A DNA stretch of 63,293 nucleotides, counting the filler, from Reclinomonas americana ATCC 50394 (taxonomy: Eukaryota), in NCBI GenBank assembly GCA_048213135.1. It is 12 parts of 12 records of this genome, joined end to end, with 100 filler letters (N's around TTAATTAATTAA, not from the genome) between each part and the next. Parts side by side here need not be neighbours in the genome. Positions count along the whole stretch, not along the records: positions 48,376 to 51,851 come from AFZH01022464.1; positions 51,952 to 56,285 come from AFZH01022466.1; positions 56,386 to 61,647 come from AFZH01022467.1; positions 61,748 to 63,293 come from AFZH01022469.1; 8 more parts are not named here. One strand, 5' to 3'. Shown in pieces: positions 51,818 through 62,185 of this stretch; the stretch's first letter is position 1, and the number at the start of each line of letters is the position of its first letter. Below the pieces are notes generated by a model, which was given only the letters and a program-made list of their open reading frames with translations, ran no database searches and had not been told where the DNA came from. The position numbers were made by a program, and so were the translations under genes.

Positions 51818-51980
51818 TGAACACCCGCGCAGTGAGCTCACGCACAGAGGGNNNNNNNNNNNNNNNNNNNNNNNNNNNNNNNNNNNNNNNNNNNNTTAAT
51901 TAATTAANNNNNNNNNNNNNNNNNNNNNNNNNNNNNNNNNNNNNNNNNNNNAACGAACGAACGAACGAACGAACGAAGAA

Positions 51981-52090
<110 letters not shown>

Positions 52091-52749
52091 AGAGAGAGAG
52101 AGAGTGGAAGACAAGAGGATGATGGAGAAGAAGACGAAGAAGCGAACAGTGGAGAAAGCAAGTGAGTGCATGAGCGAAACAGAGAGAGACTGAAAGAGTG
52201 CAGGAAGGAGCGGAGAACATGCCAGGGTGACTGTGAAAGGTGGGGGAGTGAGCTGAAGAGGAAGGAGCATGTGGCGGGCTTTCTTCTTCTTCATTGATTC
52301 TCTGCAGTTGTCTCCCTCCCTCTCTCTCCCTCTCCTCAGTCCTCGTCTGTTTGTCACAAACTCTCTCAACCCGTGTCTCTTTTCATTTGTCTGCCTCGCT
52401 GTCTCGCTCGTGGAGCAGGCTCTTCTTGTTGTTTTGTTGTTTTTGCCATCACTCTCTCCCTTAGACTCTCAGCAGTTGTAAACCTTTGCCTCCCTTCTCT
52501 CTTTTCCTGCTATCTTTCGCTTGTCTGTCTCAACGTTGCACTCCATCCAGGTCTCTGGCTCTCATTCCTTTTCCCCCTTCCTGTCTTTGTCACGCAACCA
52601 CTGACTCTCCTTTCCACACAGTTTTCTCCCTCTCCTCTCGTTCCCTCTCCACCCACTCTCGTTCCTGAAGCTGTGACCGTCCTCTCTTTCTCTCAACCCC
52701 TCTCCATCTCCCTCACTCTCCTTCTCCTCCTCCCTTCGCCCTCCACCAG

Positions 52750-54599
52750 ATTGCCACCTCTGCGACGACTCCATGCAACGCCTGTGCACGGCGCTCTCCG
52801 GCAACACCACGATCCACTCGCTGTGCCTTGCGCGTTGCGTTTCTCCCTTTCCTATCAACCTCCCCCCAATCGCGCTCTCACATCCGTCGTCTGCAGGCTG
52901 CGGCATCAGCGACACAGCACTGGCCTGCCTGTGCAAACTGCTAATAAGCAGCAGCTCTCGCATTCACTCGCTGGATCTGCGAGGTTTGTTTGCCACTCCC
53001 TCTGTGGTCTCCTCCTCTACGCTCACTTTCTCTACTCTTTCACTTTGTCTTCCATCTCTCCCCTTTCCACCTCCTCCCTTCCCTCCACTTCCCTCATCTC
53101 TCCTCCCTTTCCCTCCACCTCCATCTTCCCTTCTCCTCTCCCGTCCCCTTCCCCTTCCCGCTCCCTCTTCCCTTTCCCATTTCTCTCCCCCCTTCCCCCC
53201 TCTCCCCCTCACCTTTGCCACAGACAACAACATCACCGAGCTCGGCGTCCAATCACTCGCTCACGTACTGCGCGCCACAGCCGTGCTGCGGTACTTGGTG
53301 CTCAACGGTTTGCACTGTCCATTCCCTCTCACCCACTACTCACCCACTTCTAACTCCATCGCTGCTCAGGCAACAAGATTGGCGACTCTGGCCTCTCGTG
53401 CATCGCGGCGGCCGCCACAGAGCACAACTCACTCCGCACAGTGCTGTTGGAGGACACGGATGTGTCGTCGGCGGGGTTGGAGGACGTGGCCAGCGCCCTC
53501 GGCAACAACTTGTGGTCGTTGGTTGCGTGCTTCCACAGCCTCCTTTCACCCTCCCCTTTCTGCTTCATCTTGCTCTTCGACCTGCTCTCTCCTCCCTTGT
53601 TGGCGGTGCGACCCGTGCGCTCATATATCCTTTTTCCCATTTCGTGCAGCGGGTGCTTGGCCTCAGCAGTTACGCCTTGGCCCCCCCTCCCCATCTTTGT
53701 ATCACGCACGAGCCACTCACGAGTCTCACCATGCTGCTGCTCCCACAGAAAACATGCTGGTCATGGACGACGGTGCGGAGCACCTGGCCACTGCGCTGGA
53801 GTCCAACAAGTCGCTTCAAGTCCTCGACTTGTCATGTTGCGTGCACCAAATCACACCCTTTGCCCGTATGCATGTTTCTCACCGCACGCGCAGACACTGG
53901 CGTGGGCGACTCGGGCGCCGCCGCACTGCTGCAATCGCTGTGCGAGCGCAACTCATCGTTGGAGCGCCTCTTTTTGCGTCGTTGCGGACCTCGCTTAGTG
54001 CAAATGCATGTCTCCGTCTGCGTACACTCACGTGTACCGTCCGCAGACACATCGGCCGCCACCAACACAGCACAGGCGCTGGCCAAAGTCCTCGAGTCGC
54101 AGCACTGCGGCAGGCCGGTGACACGGGGTTGCGGATTGCAGTGGGTAGATGTGGCTGGCACGAGGATGCGCAGCGCCGATGGTTTGCAGAATGTTGTGCG
54201 GGTTTCCCACAGCTACTTGTACTAACATGGCGTGTTGTGCGCAGTCGAATTGCTGGCGGCGACGCTGAAACGGTGCGGCAATGCGAGTCGTCTACAGTCG
54301 CTCGGTACGTGCACCACATGCGCATGTGATGGACGAAGTCGCAGCGATCTGACGCTACACACAGACTTGCGTGACTTGTGGCGTGTCAAGGACGACGCTC
54401 TTCTGCATCTGGTGGAGGCTCTGGAATCGGGACGATCGATTCAGCACTTGCACGTCTCCTGTTTCGTTGTGATCGATTTCCTTCATCATGTGGTGCAGTT
54501 GCTCATTGTTTGCCCGCAGACTCACCGCAGCGACACGAGATTCTGGCGCGGATACAGCGGCTGATGGAGAGGAATCGCGGCGATTGTGACTTGTCATGA
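52750..54599 (+). CDS. RNI-like leucine-rich repeat protein (NLRC3/CARMIL-type repeats); 5' end not resolved
   Basis: Repeats such as IHSLDLR|DNNITELGVQSLA, LRYLVLN|GNKIGDSG and GAEHLATALESNKSLQVLDLS|YTGVGDSGA, mostly one repeat per exon; ends IQRLMERN..*. Confidence 0.85.
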
Positions 54600-54692
54600 G
54601 GCAGCAATGAAGGTCGATGTTGATGTTTCATTGGATGAACTAAGGGGAATTGGTTCACACTTAACTAGCACAGCATCATTCACGCGAACATA

Positions 54693-55824
54693 ATGGCTTC
54701 TATGGTGTGTGTATGCGCGCGTGTGTGTGTGTGAGAGAGAGAAAGGGCATCTGTCTCACCATGCGCAGCGCACGCAGATCTTGGAGGGGCACACTGCCGC
54801 TGTGTCGAGCGTGACCTTCACCCCCGATAGTCAGCACGTTGTGAGCGGCAGTCATGACAAAACAGTGCGAGTGTGGTGTGTAGCAAGTGGAGAGCAAGTG
54901 CGACTACTGGAAGGACACGAACATGATGTGTTGTCGGTCGCCGTCGCTCCCAATGGTGCGCACATTGTCAGTGGGGGTTACGATGAGACTGTGCGAGTGT
55001 GGTCAGTGGCGAGTGGCGAGGAGGTGCGACGGATTGGGGGAGACATAGGATGGGTGCTGTCTGTCGCTGTTACTCCCGACAGTGAGCATATTGTACATGG
55101 GAGTGATACCAGCATGAGTATGTGGTCACGGACGAGTGGGGAGGAGCTGCATCGGTTCGAGGGACACACTGACTGGGTGCGTTCTGTCGCTGTCACTCTC
55201 GATGGTCAGCACGTTGTGAGCGGAAGTGCTGACGGAAGTGCGCGAGTGTGGTCACTGGCAAATGGAAAGGAGGTGCAACGTTTGGAGGTGCAAACGGCTA
55301 TGGTGTGCGCTGTCGCTGTCACTCCCGATGGCCAGCACGTAGTGACTGGAGCTCGAGACAAGACCGTGTGTGTGTGGTCAGTGGCAAGTGGAGAAGAAGT
55401 GCGGCGAACGGGAGGTCACATACACACTGGGAGGGTGAACTCGGTCACCGTTACTCCCGACGGTCAGCACATTGTCAGCGGCGGTACTGACATGGTAGTG
55501 CGAGTGTGGTCGCTGGTGAGTGGTGAAGAAGTGCATCGGCTTGAAGGACACGCAGGCGAGGTCTTGTCTGTCGCCATCTCCCCAGATTCGAAATACATTG
55601 CGAGTGGCAGCGCCGACGATACAGTTCGAGTGTGGTCCTCGCCGCGAGGATTAGCTGGGCGGGAGGTCGCAGCCGCGCGATTGGCCGTGGAGGCTGTCAA
55701 TGAGTTGCTTTCCGAGGAGGAGGAGGAGGAAGAGGACCACGACTGGATCCTCGTTGATGTAGTGTTGCGGTGTTTTGTGTTGGAGGATGCAGAAGTAATT
55801 GAACGGGGAGCGTCGGGGTGGTAA
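54693..55824 (+). CDS. WD40 array copy 1: MASM micro-exon, 7 WD40 repeats, conserved helical tail
   Basis: Exon 54693-54704, intron, exon 54778-55824; repeat consensus LEGHTxxVxSVAVTPDGQHVVSGSxDxTVRVW. Confidence 0.92.
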
Positions 55825-56075
55825 AGTGCGAAGAATATGAATGCCAGACACATGTACATCGCGGTCGTCTCTTCATTTGTTGGCTCTTTACGAATGTTTG
55901 TGCAGTCTGAAGTCTGCAAGGAAGGTCCTCAGTGCAGCGCACTGTGATATGCACTCCTCCACGACAGCAAAGCTTGTCGGTGCTCCCCTCATTAACGACA
56001 ACTTCAAAGCGTCATGCAGGACAGCTCTCGTCGCATCATTGGCCATCATTCACACGCTCACACGCAAGGAACGGA

Positions 56076-56927
56076 ATGGCATCAATGGTGTGTGTATGTG
56101 CATGTGTTTGTGTGTGTTTGAGAGATCGTCTGTCTCATCATGCACACACAGATCTTGGAGGGGCACAATGCCTCGGTGTCGAGCGTAGCCTTCACCCCCG
56201 ACGGTCTACACGTTGTGAGCGGAAGTTATGACTCAACAGTGCGAGTGTGGTCTGTTGTAAGTGGAGAGCAAGTGCGGCGACTACANNNNNNNNNNNNNNN
56301 NNNNNNNNNNNNNNNNNNNNNNNNNNNNNTTAATTAATTAANNNNNNNNNNNNNNNNNNNNNNNNNNNNNNNNNNNNNNNNNNNNACGAGGTGCTGCGGT
56401 TGGAGGGACACACCGGGGCAGTCAGTTCCGTCGCTATCACCCCCGATGGCCAGTACATCGTAAGTGGAGCCCGAGACACGACCGTGCGAGTGTGGTCGCT
56501 TGCAAGTGGCAAGGAGATGCGACGGCTGGAGACTCGCACTGGGCGGGTGCACTCGGTTGCCGTCACTCCCGATGGACAGCACATTGTAGGGGGCGGTCCT
56601 GACATGAAAGTGCACGTGTGGTCGCTGGCAAGTGGTGAAGAGGTGCATCGGCTGGAGGGACACACAGGTGTGATCCTGTCCGTCGCCGTCTCCCCAGATG
56701 CGCAGCATATCGCGAGTGGGAGCACTGACATGACCGTGCGAGTGTGGTCCTCGCCGCGAGGATTAGCTGGGCGAGAGGTAACAGCTGCGCGACTGGCTGT
56801 GATGGCCGTCAACGAGTTGCTTGCCGAGGATGAGGAAGACCGCGACTGGATCCTCGTTGATGTAGTGTTGCGGTGTTTTGTGTTGGAGGATGCTGCTGTG
56901 ATTGAGCGACGAGCTCCAGGGTGGTGA
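56076..56927 (+). CDS. WD40 array copy 2 (interrupted by a gap; could be two genes)
   Basis: Same MASM|ILEGH start before the gap; WD40 repeats and tail after it. Confidence 0.85.
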
Positions 56928-56954
56928 GGGCGCTTACGTCAATTGATCAGTAAA

Positions 56955-57115
56955 CAGCGTGTCAGAGGATGACTGTTGGAGAAGGAATTATACAGTATGT
57001 TTGTATATTGTTGTTGTGCCAAGGTCATTGTCGGCAAGGGATTTGTGGGCCGCATCATAACCAGGAATGTGGTGAATGGTTTTGTTTGTTTGGTCGGCAT
57101 GAAGTAAATGTGTCG
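56955..57115. repeat. Solo diverged copy of the 121-bp repeat family seen at 8785-9261
   Basis: TGTTTGTATATTGTTGTTGTGCCAAGGTCATTGTCGGCAAGGGATTTGTGGG aligns with TGTTTGTACATTGCTGACGTGCCACGGTCACTGTC / GGCAAGGGATTTGTGGG. Confidence 0.75.
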
Positions 57116-57180
57116 CCGAGTCGTCCTGCACAAGTACTCTCTGTCCCCCCACCCTCTCTCTCCCTTGAGTCAAGAGCACC

Positions 57181-58254
57181 ATGGCGACTGCTGCTCTTTG
57201 CATCCCCCGCGTGCTTCATGGACACACCAACTTTGTGCGTTCCGTGGCCTTCGCCCCCGACTGTCAACACGCTGTGAGTGGCAGCGATGATGGAACTGTG
57301 CGGGTGTGGTCACTGGCAAGTGGAGAAGAGGTGCGACGACTGAAGGGACACACCAGAGGTGTCATGTGCGTGGCGGTGACGCCCAACAATGAGCACATTG
57401 TCAGTGGGAGCAGTGATACGACATTGAGAGTGTGGTCTCTGACGACCGGCGAGGAGGTGCGATGCTTGTTGGGACACACGTGGGCAGTGAACTGTGTCGC
57501 TGTCACTCCCGACGGGGAGTACGCTGTGAGCGGGAGCTCTGACAAAACAGTGCGTGTGTGGTCACTGGCGACGTGGAAAGAGGTTCGACGGATGAAAGGG
57601 CACACTGACTGGGTGATGTCGGTCGCTGTCACTCACAGTGGGAATGTGGTGAGTGGGGGCTATGACAGAACAGTGCGAATGTTGTCGTTGACGAGCAGAG
57701 AAGAGGTGCAAGCCTCAGAGGTGCGGCGAGTCGAGGGACACGCCGGAATGAATCACACAGTCTCTGTCACCCCCGATGGCCAGCACATTGTGGCTGGAGG
57801 TCGCGACAATGTCGTGCGAGTGTGGTCACTGCCAAGCGGAGAGGAAGTGCGGCAAATGGAGGGTCACAGTGGGTGGGTGAACTCGGTCGCCGTCACTTCC
57901 GATGGCGGGCACATTGTCAGTGGATCTTCGGACATGACAGTGCGCGTGTGGTCGCTGGCAAGTGGTGAGGAAGTGCGTCGGCTGGAGGGACACACGGGTG
58001 TGATCTTGTCCGTCGCCGTCTCCCCAGATGCGCAGCATATAGCGAGTGGCAGCGCAGACCATACCGTGCGAGTGTGGTCTTCTCCGCGTGCCCTGGCCGG
58101 GCGAGAGCTGTCTATTGCGAGACTGGCCGTGGAGGCCGTCAACGAGGTGCTTGCCGAAGACGAGGAGGAGGACTGGATCCTCGTCGATGTTGTGTTGCGG
58201 TGTTTTGTGTTGGAGGATGCAGAAGTGATTGAGCGGCGGGCGTCGGGGTGGTGA
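57181..58254 (+). CDS. WD40 array copy 3 (7 repeats plus tail, apparently intronless)
   Basis: 357-aa ORF with the same architecture. Confidence 0.92.
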   Translation: MATAALCIPRVLHGHTNFVRSVAFAPDCQHAVSGSDDGTVRVWSLASGEEVRRLKGHTRGVMCVAVTPNNEHIVSGSSDTTLRVWSLTTGEEVRCLLGHTWAVNCVAVTPDGEYAVSGSSDKTVRVWSLATWKEVRRMKGHTDWVMSVAVTHSGNVVSGGYDRTVRMLSLTSREEVQASEVRRVEGHAGMNHTVSVTPDGQHIVAGGRDNVVRVWSLPSGEEVRQMEGHSGWVNSVAVTSDGGHIVSGSSDMTVRVWSLASGEEVRRLEGHTGVILSVAVSPDAQHIASGSADHTVRVWSSPRALAGRELSIARLAVEAVNEVLAEDEEEDWILVDVVLRCFVLEDAEVIERRASGW

Positions 58255-58404
58255 GTTTGGCGGGGAATTCGAATGAGTGAAGTGTGGGGAATACAGTGCA
58301 ACTGTCGCACAACGCAGTTAGGAACAACCTGCGTTCGCTGTTCATTTGCATGCCATTCACAAGCCAAGGCTGACCGCCAAAGCCAGTAGATGATTTCACA
58401 CGAC

Positions 58405-59546
58405 ATGCAGGACATAGGTGTTGTTTATATATATGTGTGTGTGAGTGTGTTAGATCGTCTGCCTCACCATTCTTGATCATGCGCGCATGTATACAGATCT
58501 TGAGGGGACACACGTGGCCGGTGACCAGCGTTGCCCTCACTCCCGATGGCCAGCACGTTGTGAGCGGCAGTCAAGACACCACTGTACGTGTGTGGTCACT
58601 GGCGAGTGGAAGAGAAGTGCGACGACTGGAGGGTCACATCGACTGGGTGTTGTCAGTCGCTGTCACCCCTGATGGTCTGCATGTTGTGAGTGGGAGCAAG
58701 GACAAAACCGTGCGAGTGTGGTCGCTCGCGAGTGGGGAAGAGGTGCGGCGATTGATGCGCCATGGTTGGGATGTGAACTCGGTTGCTGTCACTCCCGATG
58801 GTCGGCACGTTGTGAGCGGAAGCACTGACAAGACAGTGCACGTGTGGTCACTGACGACTGAGGAGAAGGAGGTGCGACGGTTTGAGGGGCACACTGCCTG
58901 GGTCCGGTCGGTCGCCGTCTTCCCCGATGGCCAGCACGTGAGCGTGAGCTCTAACCATTCCGGGCATGTGTGGTCCATGTCGAGTGGAGATGAGGTGCGA
59001 CGTGTGGACGTGCACCCTGCTTTGATGCTCTCCGTTGCCGTCACTCCCGACGGCCAGCACGTTGTGAGTGGCTGCAGCGATGGGATAGTTCGAGTGTGGT
59101 CGCCGGCGAGTGGTGACGAGGTGCGACGGCTGGAGGGGCACACTGGGTGGGTGAACTCGGTCGCCGTCACTGCCGATGGCCAGCACGTTGTGAGTGGAGC
59201 TGCGGACAAGACGGTGCGTGTGTGGTCGCTGGCAAGTGGCGAGGAGGTGCGTCGGTTCGAGGGACACACTGGTGGGGTGTTGTCGGTTGCCGTCTCTCCC
59301 GACGCACATCATGTTGTGAGTGGAGCCGCGGACAAGACGATACGAGTGTGGTCCTCTCCTCGCGGGCTGGCCGGGCGAGAGCTGTCAGTCGCACGACTGG
59401 CCGTGGAGGCCGTCAACGAGGTGCTTGACGAGGGCGAGGAGGAGGACGACTGCGACTGGATCCTCGTCGATGTTGTGCTGCGGTGTTTTGTGTTGGAGGA
59501 TGCAGAAGTGATTGAGCGGCGGGCTCCGGGATGGCTTGATGAATAA
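58405..59546 (+). CDS. WD40 array copy 4 (7 repeats plus tail; first exon uncertain)
   Basis: Acceptor at 58496 precedes ILRGH; ORF runs to 59546. Confidence 0.9.
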
Positions 59547-59596
59547 GAACCGACTTTTGTTGCACCCTGCCCTCACTTTGCCTTTTCTACCCCGCT

Positions 59597-60676
59597 TCAC
59601 TCTCCACCTCGTGCAATACCCCCAGCCCCCGGCATGAGCTGCCTCTGCAGAAATCTCTTGCACAGCTTGCCCACGTGTTCCTCGAGCGCCTTGCCATCAG
59701 CGCCCGTCGCCGCCAGCTGCCACTCCTCGGCACACGACCGGCGCAGCTCGTCCATCACATCGTCGACAAACTCGCGCGCCAGCTCACGCCGATACTCCAC
59801 GCTGTCGAGCTGCAGCGGGCCCACCTTGCTCACGGCACACTGAATGCGCTCCGGAGTGAGATAGCACTCGGCCTCGTTCTCAAAGAACTGCAGCCACACC
59901 TCCAGCCCGAGCCCAGGCGGCGGCACACTCTTCGCCGCGTATCCGTTCTCCGCGAATCGACTCTCGCCAAACTCCTCAATCTTGTGCTTGGTCATGGCCT
60001 CGTGCGGGCCACGCATCGGGCGCACCACCACACCCTCGGCCTTGTTCGGTCGCGGTGCATCACTCGGCATCTCCGTCTCACCAACCAGCGCCGGAATCGT
60101 CGACTCAAAGCCCAACGGGTACTCCATGGCCTCCGCATACGTCTCACACACCGCCAACGGCACCGCATGCAACAAGCCGACCTCGCGAAACAGTGACAGT
60201 GCCTCTTCAAAGTCCAGAAATTGCTCCTCCAGCTCCTCGTCGACCACCACAGCCACATCGAAAGCGTAAAAGTGCAGCGCGTGCGAGTAAAAGATGCCAG
60301 CTTGCACCTGCACACCAGCGCCCCATCCACCAAACAGCTCCCCGTACACATGCACAGTCGACACTGTCAATGTTCTCTGCGCGCACAGTCGCTCACACAA
60401 GGCCTCCACCAGTGGCACAGTGCGTGCGAGCATGGGCGAGGTGCGGAAGCCGAAAAAGTCCTCATGTGCGCTCAACAGGCCTCGGCGTTTGGCAAAGGCA
60501 GTGACTCGCCACTGTTGTTGTTCCTCAGTGTTGAGTGTGCATATGATGCAAAAGTTTGCACCGTGCACCTTCTCAGTCACCGCCCATTGTGTGTGTTTGC
60601 TGTTGGGTTTGAAGTCGGCGCGTACGTTGCGCCAGTCGCTGCTGGAGAGAGAGATCTTGGGGTAGCCGCGGAACAT
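59597..60676 (-). CDS. ATP-dependent RNA ligase, T4 Rnl2 family, intronless
   Basis: Start MFRGYPKI; motif I TEKVHGANF, Ia AKRRGLL..EDFFGF, III VYGELFGG, IIIa FYAFDV, IV AEGVVVRP, V TKHK; Rnl2 C-domain YLTPERIQCAVSKVG..FVDDVMDEL. Confidence 0.92.
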   Translation of the reverse strand: MFRGYPKISLSSSDWRNVRADFKPNSKHTQWAVTEKVHGANFCIICTLNTEEQQQWRVTAFAKRRGLLSAHEDFFGFRTSPMLARTVPLVEALCERLCAQRTLTVSTVHVYGELFGGWGAGVQVQAGIFYSHALHFYAFDVAVVVDEELEEQFLDFEEALSLFREVGLLHAVPLAVCETYAEAMEYPLGFESTIPALVGETEMPSDAPRPNKAEGVVVRPMRGPHEAMTKHKIEEFGESRFAENGYAAKSVPPPGLGLEVWLQFFENEAECYLTPERIQCAVSKVGPLQLDSVEYRRELAREFVDDVMDELRRSCAEEWQLAATGADGKALEEHVGKLCKRFLQRQLMPGAGGIARGGE

Positions 60677-60870
60677 GACACAACGAGGGAGACAAGAGAC
60701 AAAGAGGGAAGAGTGAGTCACGTCTTTTGTGTACACGTGTTTCGTGCATGAAGAGAAAGGTGAGTGTGGTGTGTGTGTGTGAGAGAGAGAGAGAAAGCAG
60801 CTGAGTGAGTGTGCGAGAGAGAGAGACAGTGAGCGAGTGCGGAGTGTGTTCATCATCTCTCACGAATTCG

Positions 60871-60917
<47 letters not shown>

Positions 60918-60959
60918 CAACCAAGTGAGGAGTGAGTGAGGTGGAAGGAGGAGAGCTCT

Positions 60960-61647
60960 CATCTGTCTCTTGCTCACATTTTCTTCTTGTTCTTCTTGTT
61001 CTTCCTTCTTCTTCTTCCCATCGTCCTCCTCCTCCTCGACCCTCCCTCTCTTCCTGTGTCTCCTGTGTCTCCTGTGCGTCCCTCTACCTCCTCCTCCTCC
61101 TCGTCCTCGTACTCCTCGTCCTCCTCCTCCTCCCCTTGATCTATTCTTCTTCTCTTTCGCCTCCTTCTTCTTCGTGTCCTTCTTCCTCCTTCTCCTCCCC
61201 CTCCTGCTCCTCATCCTCCTTCTCCCTCTTTCTTGTTCTTCTTATTCTGCCTCTTCTTGTTCTTCTCATTCTTCCTTGTCTCCTCTTCTTCCTCCTCTTG
61301 TTCTTGCTCTTCCTCCTTCTCTTCCTCCTTCTTTCGCCTCCTTTCCCTCTTCTTGTTCTTCTCATTCTTCTTCTTCTTATCCTCTCCTCGCCCTTGTCCT
61401 CGTCCTCCTCCTCCTTCTTTCGCCTCCCCTTCCCTTCCCTTTCCCCTCCCCCAGCCCCCTTCCCTCCCCCCGTCCCTTCCTCTTTCTTGTTCTTCTCATT
61501 CTTCCCCTTCTCCTCTTCTCGCCCTCTTCCTCGTCCTCCTCCTCCTTCTTCTTCTTCTCCACCTCCTCCTTCTTTCGCCTCCTCCTTCTTCTTCTGTATG
61601 TCCTTCTCCTCCTCATCCTCCATCCTCTTCTGGTTCTTCTTTCTTTG
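60960..61647. repeat. CT-rich low-complexity tract
   Basis: Almost exclusively C/T, with CTT/CCT trinucleotide units. Confidence 0.85.
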
Positions 61648-61875
61648 NNNNNNNNNNNNNNNNNNNNNNNNNNNNNNNNNNNNNNNNNNNNTTAATTAAT
61701 TAANNNNNNNNNNNNNNNNNNNNNNNNNNNNNNNNNNNNNNNNNNNNCGTACTACGGTACGGACGGGTACGGTACGACGTGTAGTGGTACGTCGTCGTCT
61801 CCTCCTCGTCGTCGTTCGTTCGTTCGTTCGTTTCGTTTCCTTTCCTTTCGTTCGTTCGTTCTTCGTTCTTCTTCT

Positions 61876-61928
<53 letters not shown>

Positions 61929-62185
61929 GTCTGTCTGTCTCCCTGTACACGTCTCATCCTCGTCGCTCGTCGATCGCGATCAATGAATGCTGCAATTGTG
62001 AACCTCGACTGCCACGATGTCGACACGAGCACAGATCGCGCTCGAAAGAAGAAGCTACATGCGGGATGGAGAACTGCAGCAGAGCGTCGACAGAAAAAAG
62101 AGGAAAACATCGACGTCGACAGTCTCGGCATACATTGGTCCCACACTCACAGGTCACTCTCGACTCGACGTCGCGCGCAAGAAAG

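Noticed and set aside
54599..54693. LRR and first WD40 gene as one fused receptor
   Set aside because: The LRR frame ends with a typical LxRN cap and a stop, and the WD40 copy has its own MASM start exon conserved in copy 2.
55464..59269. Minus-strand ORFs with repeated SDHTRTV motifs (similarly 12281-13465)
   Set aside because: Antisense shadows of the WD40 and beta-helix coding sequences.
60677..60856. 60-aa N-terminal extension (possible targeting peptide) on the RNA ligase
   Set aside because: Encoded by CT/CA microsatellite-like sequence. Homology to Rnl2 starts exactly at MFRGY.
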